Source: Antedon mediterranea
Taxonomy: Eukaryota; Animalia; Echinodermata
DNA length: 64,000 bases
Direction: 5' to 3'
Assembly: GCF_964355755.1 (NCBI RefSeq)
Contig: NC_092672.1
Coordinates: forward strand, 18,303,237-18,367,236
How positions within the stretch are numbered: position 1 is the stretch's first letter; each line of letters opens with the position of its first letter. The notes beneath the pieces are model-generated. The model made no database searches. It saw only the letters and a program-made list of their open reading frames with translations, and was not told the origin of the DNA. Shown piece after piece: positions 54,561 through 64,000 of this stretch. Both the position numbers and the translations under genes were made by a program.

Positions 54561-55690
54561 AAGTTTTTGTCTTCTTCGACTGTACTTGTAAATTTATATA
54601 ATCACTAAACGACCTTCTCCTTCAAGGTCCAAACCTAAACCAACAACTTCATTGGCATCTTAATGCGTTTCCGACAAGAGAATGTTGCAGTCATGGGACC
54701 CATTGTATTGATGTTTTACCAAGTTCATGTTCCCAAAGATGAGTGTGATTTTTGCTTCTATTGGTGGCCACAAGGTAATCTAAGCATTGATCCAGTTGTA
54801 TCTACAGAATGACAGTTCATTTGTTTGGGGCTGTCTCATCGCCTTTGTGTGCCAACTTTGCACTGCGTTTGACTGTACAGATGAACAAGAATTTATTCGA
54901 TCCGATCCGATACAGTGTTAGGGCACTTTTATGTTGACGATGGCCTCAAATCATTAGTTTAAGTGACCAAGCAGTATCTCTTATTCAGCAGCTTACCACA
55001 CTTTGAGAAATATAGGTGGTTTCAAGCGAGAAGTACTACTTTCGGTTCCAGCAGCTGAACGAGTTTGAGAAAGAGTTTGAAAACATAGAATTAGATTTTG
55101 AGAAACTTCCTATAGAACAAGTTCTAGGAATTAAATGGTCAGTGGGCGCTGATACTCTTGGATTTAAGAATGTTGTACCAAGTCTACAAGCAAATAGAAG
55201 AAACGTTTTTTCTATAATCAGCTGAATCTATGATCCTTTGGGATTTGCGGCACCAGCTTAAATCCTCCTTCAAGAAATGTGCAGAAATAATGTTCAATGA
55301 TGGCAGCAATGGTTAAACAATTTAACAAATCTAGATAAATTGATTATCCCTAGATGCTTTAAACCATGTATTTTTGGTAAGGTCTTGTCTTCTCAGGTGC
55401 TAGTACCCAAGGTTATGGAATGGTATCTTATCTCAGATTAGAAGATGTTTACGGGAAGAAACATTGTTCTCTACTTATTGGGAAATCCAGAGTTGCACCC
55501 TTGAAGAAGGTCACAGTGCCACGCATGGAGCTGACAGCCACTATGTTAGCTGTTCGGTGTATCAACAACATTATTATAGATGAGTTGGATTGTCAGGTGT
55601 ATAAAGATGTATAAAGATGTATTTTGGACGGACAGCATGTCAGTTTTATGATGGATATCTAATTCGTATACGTTTGTGGCGAACCAAATT
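54560..55690 (+). pseudogene. BEL/Pao B RT-RNase H fragment
   Basis: [85 protein letters not shown]. Confidence 0.85.
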
Positions 55691-55721
55691 CACAGGCGTA
55701 CAGGAGAAGCATAAAGGAAAT

Positions 55722-55951
55722 TGTTGTATTATGGTATAGCGCCCTCTATAATGATCAGCATTCATGAATATATATTGTACAGCTGCAGTGTAGCATAAAT
55801 GTAACAGCACAGTAGTGTTGGATATACAATGGTTAGTGAATAAAGACGGTTGAACATAATAAAGCTGGTTCTAGGTTTGCTTTATTACTGTGTACTTTAT
55901 GATAGCCTTGTAATGATATAGGATATATATGGATACTACATGATGGCAGCG
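55722..55951 (+). mobile_element. Short LTR (55722-55940) followed by a PBS-like TGATGGCAGCG
   Basis: TGTTGTAT...ATACTACA, AATAAA, purine tract upstream. Confidence 0.6.
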
Positions 55952-56299
55952 AGTGTTTGATGTACCCAGCCATTGTGGATTGTGTTAGTTTGTCAACTCG
56001 TCAAGTTTGTTATTGTCTTTTCACGGTGTGTCGTGTGCACACTAACTGAGCAAGATGGCGGAGCCAGAGGTAAAGATTGCTGTTCCTGGTGATTTGTTTC
56101 TCATGGGACAAATTGGTCCGTTTCACAGTGAAGCGGCGGAAATAGCTAGGGTAAATATATTTGAACTGTACAACTGGAATACTGTACAACGGATGCTCAA
56201 TATAACACATAACTTACTGACTGTTTTTCCATCAGCAGGTTGACATAGGACATAACATTCTAATGGAAAAAACCCAGCTGATGACGATTACTCAATCGA

Positions 56300-56746
56300 G
56301 TGATGGGCCTACGAAATTGGCTAACAATTTATTTGTGGCACTGTTTCCCATTGATGAAGTCATTGGGAAATCATGACAGGGAAAAAAAGTAATGCCCATA
56401 AAAACACCAGTACTGAAAAGGAAAAAATTGATCCCATGCGGATTAATGCCATTCTTGGTAGGTACTTAATTAAATTATAACACAGGTTTATTTACAGTAA
56501 TTACACATTGTTTGTAGGTGTGCAAATTCTAATCAAATGCACTTGCATGTTGAAATAACAATAAGACAGTTGGGCTAAATATTTGTAATTGATACAAGAT
56601 CGGCACTTATGTTTATAATAGACTTTCATAATTTGTTTTTATCCTCAGATTACACAGTGAAGAAATATCCTACGGTGACAACTTCTTTTCTAAAGATGTC
56701 TCTTTCCAATAAAATTAAAGAAATGAATAAGCAAATGCAAAGTTAA
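56300..56746 (+). pseudogene. BEN-domain protein fragment with one intron (probable DNA-transposon accessory gene)
   Basis: PTKLANNLFVALFPIDEVIGK.MTGKKSNAHK..KEKIDPMRINAIL|DYTVKKYP..LSNKIKEM*; GT-AG intron 56458-56648; one frameshift. Confidence 0.65.
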
Positions 56747-57430
56747 ATATTTTTTATAGAATTCTATAGAACATTTTTGTAAGGGAATGAAGAAGAAACT
56801 ATTATGCACTTCCTCTTAACATGTACCACTCTAGAAGAAGAGAGAAAAAAACAAATTGTTAAATTCCAACAAGAACTTTTGGAATGTAATCTTTTTTATT
56901 TAACCTAAATTCGTTTTAATTGTCAATAACAATTTAATTAGTAAACAGGGTTACATCAGGTGGTTAAAATCAGTACCGAAAGTACGAACCAACTTTAATT
57001 TTAGTGTATCCGTACCCAAGTGATTAAAATGCTAAATGGTTTAGAGAAAAGGTTAAAGAAGAATAAGGAGCATGGTGCGGCTTACCAAAAGCAAATGAAA
57101 GAAATGGTCGAAAAAGGATTTTCTCGCAAATTAAACAATACAGAAATGAAACTATATCAAGAACCTGTTCATTACTTACCACATCATGCGGTAGTCAGGG
57201 CTGAAAATAAAAGTACACCAGTGAGGATTGTATTCAACTCGGCAAACTATGCAAGGGGAAGCGATCAACAAGTACTGGATGAAAGGTCCAGATCTATTGA
57301 ACAATCTGAATGGGGTGCTGATGCGATTTCGTGAAAGAGAAGTTGCTGTCTGCGGGGACATTTTTTAAAGATGTACCACCGAGTGCTGATACCAGAAGTG
57401 GACCAGCACAGATACTTGTGGCGAGATCTT

Positions 57431-58841
57431 AATTAGGTTATATGCATGCATTCATGCATATAACCTCTTGATTCTGTCAGAATCTTTATTTATTTCTTTA
57501 TTTATTTATTTATTTATTCTTTCCTTAGCACTATTTGTCCGTCAATTATCTTGATATCAGTTTCATCTAACTAAGTAAATTTTTCAGAGTATATTCCTTA
57601 TGGCCAGGAATCGATGTGGTTATGTTTTCACGATGCGCAATCAAAAATTACGCGGTCTACGCGCGATTTGTAATCATATCTTCACAAGCATGAATCACAA
57701 TTAAACAAAATTTGGTACTCATAAATTTCAGGTCATATTTCATCATATGGCAATACAATTACGTGCGTATAACGCAATTTATTTTCGATGAAATTAGAGT
57801 ACGTTTCAGGCAATTTTAAGCGTTTAAAAAATTGCCATGAGTGCGCAGATTATTGCACGTGCACTGCGCGTCAAACGTTAATGCGCACTGTTTTTGTCCG
57901 ATTACTGTTGTATAACCTTTCTTTAATAATATCATCATATTTTATTCACTTTTCAACGCGAAACAGCGTTATACGAGCACGTCAAAAGTGAGAGGCTACG
58001 CACGTGTAAGTTAACAAAATGGTGAAAATATGCTAAATTTTAAAATTAATATATATCGTTAGAATGCTCGGGAACACCTATTTTTTATTTAATTTTCTTG
58101 AAGTGTATGTATCATATGTATGATTTATTATAAAATTAGAAGAACAAAAGTTGATTAAGTCATCATTAATGGCATATTAAATTTAACAAAATTAATTTCG
58201 ACAATCAAACAAATTATAACATTTTCTTAGGCCAAAATAACAAACTTAACATTAACTTTCTTCCTTAAGAAGTTCATATATTAAAGTTAAAAGTATATAG
58301 TTTGACAGTGCATCATTTTTTTAAATTTTTAAAGATGTCATCATAGTAAAACATTATAATTCATTGCGGTATGTAATAATCTATCTGCACCAAAGTGGTT
58401 ACTGCATAGTAAATACACGGAGGAATTTTTCCATAACTTTTAGTCAGTTGTGTATGACTCGGTGGTCTTTGCTAGTGTCTATAGCAGTCAAGTACCGAGT
58501 TCGAGTCTCACCTTGGGAAACCAAACGAAATAAGATTTTTTTTATTATCCGTATTGGTTGTTCAATTATATTTCTTAGTGTACAGATTATACACATGATT
58601 TATAATGAAATCTAAATAAAAACACAAATGTGGTTTATGACATTATATACGCAGAAAGATCTTTGATCGGATTATGATACCGGCTATTGTATTTGCGTTA
58701 GCAAGATCCTGTCATATATTATAAATAACTAATGATTCTGAGAAAATCAATCAATCAATATATCTTAAATCAATCAATTATCTTTATTTAAATCAATGCA
58801 TATAACCTATAATTCGTCATAGTGACAAATTAAATCTAGTT
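57431..58841 (+). mobile_element. Helentron-type non-autonomous element (HINE/DINE-1-like)
   Basis: 5' subTIR AGGTTATATGCAT with local hairpin, (TTTA)n, 3' subTIR ATGCATATAACCT, palindrome AATTCGTCATAGTGACAAATT, terminal CTAGTT; T-rich insertion site in the BEL RT frame. Confidence 0.72.
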
Positions 58842-60487
58842 CTGATTGAGATCCTGATACCTATGTTATGCAAGTGTTGACATTTGGGGACAAGCCAGCT
58901 GCTGCGATGGCACAAACTGCGCTCAGGTTAAAGAAATCTATCCAAGAGCTGCGCATGTGTTGAAGAACGAGACGTACATGGATGACATATGTGTTTCGGT
59001 TACAACGATCGAAGAGGCGTAAACCGTAACCAAACAGATGGATGCCGTGTTAGGCAACGGAGGATTTAGCATCAACGGATGGATATCAAACAAACCGCTA
59101 AACAATGAAGAAAGAAAAGATAATGAACAAAAGGTTCTTGGTGTCTCATGGAACTACGCCGATGATACACTGAAGGTTAATGTGAAGGTAGATGATGACA
59201 TTATGAATGCAGTGGTAACAAAGAAAAAGGCGTTGGGTATGATTGCGCAAGTTTGCGAACCAGTGGTTGTAAAGCTGAAAATAAAGATGCAGGAACTATG
59301 GAAGTCAGGTGTTAACTGGGATGAAGACCTGCCTAATGAAACTCAACAAGAATGGAGAATTTTACTAAAAGAACTTAACAATGCAAGTGAAATCAAGCTA
59401 CCAAGATGTCTGACTCCAGATAATTCTACTGACGCGAAACTGTGATGCATCTGAAAAGGCGTATGGGGCCTGTGCTTACCTGAGATCGAGACTGCAGGAT
59501 GGTTTATTCAAAACAAGATTCGTTACTGCAAAGTCTCGATTGGCACCGCTCAAAAAGTTTACCATCCCGAGACTAGAGTTACAAGCCACAGTTAGAGCTG
59601 CTAGAATGGGTAAATCTATAACTGATGAATCATCGCTGCCATTAACAGATGTATTGTTCTTCACAGACAGCATGATAGTGTTGCGTTGGTTAAAAAAGCC
59701 ATCATGCTGCTATAAGCAATTTGTAGGTACGAGAGTACTGGAAATACAGAACAAAACGAAAACTGAGAATTGGAGACACGTGTCCGGAGTGGAAAACCTA
59801 GCTGATGATGTTTCTAGGAGAATTCCAGTGACAAACATAAATGGAAGATGGATAAGAGGGCCACCATTCTTGCAGCGTCCAATGCACGAGTGGAAACAAG
59901 AGAATTTGAGAGTGGAAGACCAAATTTAGTGGAAATGTAGAGATAAAAAAAGTGAGACCGGTGGTGGAGATTGATAACTGTGAAACATGGGAAGAAATGT
60001 TGGAAGTCTACAGAAGGAGAATTTATAGTGACGATTCACCAGCACTGGATGTCTATAAAGTTGAGTTATTGATTGATTGAGTTACTACTTTTGCGAAAGG
60101 TACAAAGAGAATGTTTCGCAGAGGAATTACAATGGTAAAGGTGTCCAGAGTAATAGCCATATATGTAACTTGGATCCTATGTTGGAAGCAAAGAACGAAG
60201 TGATCAGAGTAGGAGGAAATGTAAAGAAAATAGACTTGGATGTTCACCCAATACTATTGGATCGCATCACCAAATTGCTAATTAGAAGGGTGGATGCTAA
60301 TGTATTCAATTACAGCGCAGGACCTAATCAATTTTTCATGTACTTAAGAAGAAAGTACTGGATCCTAAAGAGAAGAAGCCAAATCAAGTCTGAATTAAGT
60401 AAATCCATTGAATGTCAGAAATGGAGGAAGGGACCAGAAACCCCTAAGATGGCAGAACTTCCAGAAGCTAGACTAAGAATTGGTATG

Positions 60488-60750
60488 GTATTATTATTAT
60501 TATTTATTGCCAAAAACCAGTTACAAACATACAAAAACACAGAAACTAAGGGAGTAGGCAGGAACCTAAAAGTGAACCTAATCACTATAACAAGAGTTCA
60601 GGTTCCGTACTCCCAAAGTAACAACTATGATATATACAGTAATAAAAACTATATTATACAAATTAATAAAAATAAATAAAGGATACAAGAAAAAATACTT
60701 ATAGTCGAATCAACAGTGTCAATATAAAACAAAAGGATAAAATACTGATA
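60488..60750 (-). mobile_element. LINE/SINE 3' tail, same family as 19493-19751
   Basis: (TTA)n plus ttattgccaaaaaccag..agaaactaagggagtaggcaggaaccta is the reverse complement of the BEL-LTR insert. Confidence 0.85.
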
Positions 60751-61329
60751 GGACTGTTGGGGTGCACTGCACCACACTTCGGAAGCATCTGGGAAAGAGA
60801 GGTTAAGTCTGTGAAGAATGCCATTAAGTGTTCCTTGAAAGATCGAGTAGTAACGGAAGTCGTGTTGCAGATGGTGATAGTTGAAGTGGAAAGCTTAATG
60901 AACTCAAAGCCGCTGGGTTACAGTATGTATAATCCAATGTTTCCCATGCTGATCTGGTTACTCCGAATATTCTGTCATTACCATTTTCATCGGTCAGTCC
61001 TCAAGAAATCAAAGCAAGAAGCAATGGCGTCATAGTTGATAAAGAATGGAATGACTGGTTAGATATCACAAGCTTTCATGGAGTGAATAGTACCATTATA
61101 AGATGCCTAGTGCCTCTTACTGAACTCATTACATCCAACATTTATTCAAGTCTTAAATGATTTCACATTGCTTCTAGACGATAATCAGAGCATAAGTTCT
61201 AGTTATCAAACATTTACATTAGGTGCTAGTTTACGAAATACAATTTTTCCAAAATCGCTCCCAGTGTCAAGCTTTGCTTTGCAAGTTCTGATGACTCCGC
61301 AATGAACAAATACAACCATTCAATTTCAG

Positions 61330-61600
61330 ATGAAACATCTCAATAAAAGATTTTCAACCAAATTTCCTAAAATGAAGATTGTTTTCCCAAACATTTGCAA
61401 GATGCACTGTACTACAAAAAACCTCTAAACTGGAGGCAAAGCAAAGAGATATTGGACAATTTATCAGAATAATTTGAAATATACATATTCACCAATTGGG
61501 CAGCAACGAAATGAAGTTTATATTGCTTTAATAGAAAGTATCCATATTTGAAAGAAAACCTAGAGAGCGGAACAGATGGATAGCAAAAGCAAAAAACGTT
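61330..61600 (+). pseudogene. SAMD3-like accessory protein fragment of EnSpm/CACTA-type transposons
   Basis: FPKHLQDAL..KEILDNLSE..IAL..KYPYLKENLESGTDG. Confidence 0.45.
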
Positions 61601-62129
61601 GTAATTAGGGCAATGTGTGACTATTTAATGTTGATCTACCCCGTCGATACAACGTAAATATCAACATTGATACAAAGTAATTAAAGCGATGTCAGACTAT
61701 TCCATGTTGATCTAATGCCATCAATTAGCTTGTATAATTTAGCTTGTGGGTCTGTTACAGTTGTACGACCCACACCTCACCCGCCTGTGGGGGGAGAGAG
61801 AGAGGTTAATGCTACATAACCTGGCCTTCTGTGTATATAGCAAGTATGACAACCCCTGTTCTTGAATCTAGTAAATGCAAAAATAATTTTAAAAAAATGT
61901 ATATTAGAATGATACAATAAATAAATAAATAATAAAATCAGTTAATTAATTAATTAAAGAATACAACACAATTCAATTGTTCATGGTACATTTTTTTTAT
62001 CTATTATTTTACTATCACTGAATGAAATGTTATTATATTATATGTTTTATTGTCATGGAAATAATGTAAAATTTAAATGGTCACCGAAACATCTCGGTCA
62101 TCTTTGTAATATTTAATTTCCTCCAGATA

Positions 62130-62900
62130 TAAAACCGGCCAGTATTTCTCAGCCTATGATTTATCTCACATTTGAAGCAGTGGAGGAGAACTCGTTCTGT
62201 TGTTGAATCTTGGATTAGGGAGAATAGTAGTGATGGCCAAGACAATGAAACTGTTCCACATCAGGATGAAGCAGTTCATATACCTAATGCAGACACACCG
62301 ACGGTTTCCTTAGATTCCGACAATTATGACTGGACATCTTCAGATTCTTCAGAAGAAAATGCTGTTGAAAATACAAGCACAACTTCGGGAATGGGCCACA
62401 ATACATGCAGTAGACTAGCATTAAGTGAGTTACTTGATATTCTTTATAATAATGGCCATACCAGTCTTCCAAAAGATGCACGAACATTGTTACAAACACC
62501 CACAAATGTAGAAACAGTAGACAAATGTAGTGGTAAAAACATTTACTTTGGAATAGAGTCAGGCATTTTGAGTGAGTAATTTGATAAGGTTGAATGAATT
62601 TGCTAGGCAACCCTGTACATTGCCGCAGTTAGATAGATGGAAGGCAACTGAATTTAGACAGTTTTTATTATATTCTGGACTTGTTGTTTTGCAGATATTG
62701 TGCCAACAGTGGTGTATGATCACTTTCTCTGCATTTCAGTTAGCATATCAATAATGCCTGATTCATGTGCCGAAAATAGAGCTGCTTATCTACCTTACGC
62801 CAGGCAATTACTTTGATTATTTTGTCAGAAAATCCAAAGATAATTATAGAAAAACATTTGCAACCTACAATGTACATAATCTTACAAATATCCATCCATC
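62130..62900 (+). pseudogene. EnSpm/CACTA (CMC) transposase remnant with the core deleted
   Basis: ALSELLDIL..LPKDARTLLQTP..YFGIESGI joined directly to EFARQP..LDRWKATEFRQFLLYSG and YNVHNL. Confidence 0.85.
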
Positions 62901-63044
62901 CTTTTAGTGAATTAGCAGCCATGGCGAACGGACGTGCCTAAACGTAGCTCTCCCGGCTCCTATTGTTAGATACAAACCAATCAGATTACTACACTCTTAA
63001 GCCCAAGCCGTCCACCTGCCCATTTCATTATTACAATTACACTG

Positions 63045-64000
63045 ATGATGGCTGGTGGTAGTAAGAAAAAACCGACTCCTAAAGATTCCGGAGAAAACGT
63101 AGCTGACTCCGGCGGATCTGGAAACCAAGCTGAATCCATTGGGCCTACTGAAAAAACAGAAATTAAAGAACTGATCGACTTAGAGCTTACAAAATGCTTA
63201 GCACCTGACTTCACATTTATGAAGAACATGTCTGCAGCTGTATCAAATTCCGTACAAGAACATCTAATTGGTAAGCTCACCGATCTTATTAGAGATTCTT
63301 TACACTTTGATATTAATAAGACTAACGATAAGATAGCAAGCCTTGAAGAAAAAATCATGATTTTAGAAAACAATAGTGATGAAGCTGAACAATATTCCAG
63401 GCGTAATTGCCTAATTCTTCACGGCGTTCCCGAATCAAGTAACGAGTGCACGGATACCAAGATTATCAATCTGCTTCAAGAAAAGCTTAATGTCAGCGTT
63501 GGAATTGCCGACATAGATAGAACTCATAGACTAGGACAAAGTAAGGGCTCAGACGCTAACAAACCTAGACGTGTTATCATTAAATTCTCAAACTACAACA
63601 AAAGAAGAGAAGTATTTAATGCAAAGAAGCAATTTAAAGGGACTAAATACTTCATACATGAGAATCTGACCCTGAAACGCTCGGAGCTATTACGAGTCAT
63701 AAAAACCAAATATGCGAAGTTCATTAAATCTACATGGACACTTGACGGCAAGATCTTTATTCTTACCAACGGCATGAAAAAACTTACCATCAGTAATCAA
63801 CTAGATCTATCTCGGAACCTAAACGATTTAAATTTATTTTGTTTTTATAAATCTTTTCTGATGTTTCACCTTTTTTTTCTTCTTTTTTTTGTTATGCCTT
63901 ACAGAAATGTTCTAGATTATTTAGACCCAAACATAGTTATGTATTTTGGGATAATGTCAATATATTTAAGTTTTATACAGTTTAATGATGAATACACTTG
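63045..64000 (+). CDS. CR1/L2-type LINE ORF1 (coiled coil + RRM/transposase_22-like); open frame runs off the window
   Basis: Manual translation from ATG 63045 has no stop to 64000: DEAEQYSRRNCLILHGVPE..DIDRTHRLG..PRRVIIKF..FIHENLT..TWTLDGKIFI. It is absent from the ORF track because it is unterminated. Confidence 0.88.
   Translation, partial: MMAGGSKKKPTPKDSGENVADSGGSGNQAESIGPTEKTEIKELIDLELTKCLAPDFTFMKNMSAAVSNSVQEHLIGKLTDLIRDSLHFDINKTNDKIASLEEKIMILENNSDEAEQYSRRNCLILHGVPESSNECTDTKIINLLQEKLNVSVGIADIDRTHRLGQSKGSDANKPRRVIIKFSNYNKRREVFNAKKQFKGTKYFIHENLTLKRSELLRVIKTKYAKFIKSTWTLDGKIFILTNGMKKLTISNQLDLSRNLNDLNLFCFYKSFLMFHLFFLLFFVMPYRNVLDYLDPNIVMYFGIMSIYLSFIQFNDEYT

Larger units (their letters stand above)
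57020..61030 (+). pseudogene. BEL/Pao C pol remnant (RT, RNase H, integrase)
   Basis: YLPHHAVVRAENKSTPVRIVFNS, GPDLLNNL.GVLMRFRE, LTFGDKPA, TYMDD, DASEKAYG, AKSRLAP..TIPRLELQA, FTDSMIVL, APHFGSIWEREVKSVK. Confidence 0.9.

Noticed and set aside
60077-60679. Novel 200-aa protein
   Set aside because: A BEL integrase fragment reading into an antisense LINE tail

Overview
AT-rich animal genomic DNA (GT-AG introns; probably a marine invertebrate such as an echinoderm, inferred only from TE families and TAGGCCTA-rich low-complexity sequence). No host gene was recognised. The window is an almost continuous nested mosaic of decayed transposable elements: Mutator, Academ, Kolobok, hAT, P-like, Harbinger/ISL2EU, EnSpm/CACTA, Helentron, Gypsy, BEL/Pao, CR1, L2 and Tx1. 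Many insertions are delimited by readable TSDs, and nesting reaches Gypsy > Kolobok > BEL > Mutator MITE. The main signal is orientation: 19 of the 21 protein-coding TE remnants I could recognise lie on the + strand, most are shortened by internal deletions, and each seems to be a different family. This matches a flamenco-like uni-strand piRNA cluster or TE trap transcribed from the - strand, an inference that needs small-RNA data. All family calls come from motif recognition by eye, and coordinates not anchored by a TSD are approximate.
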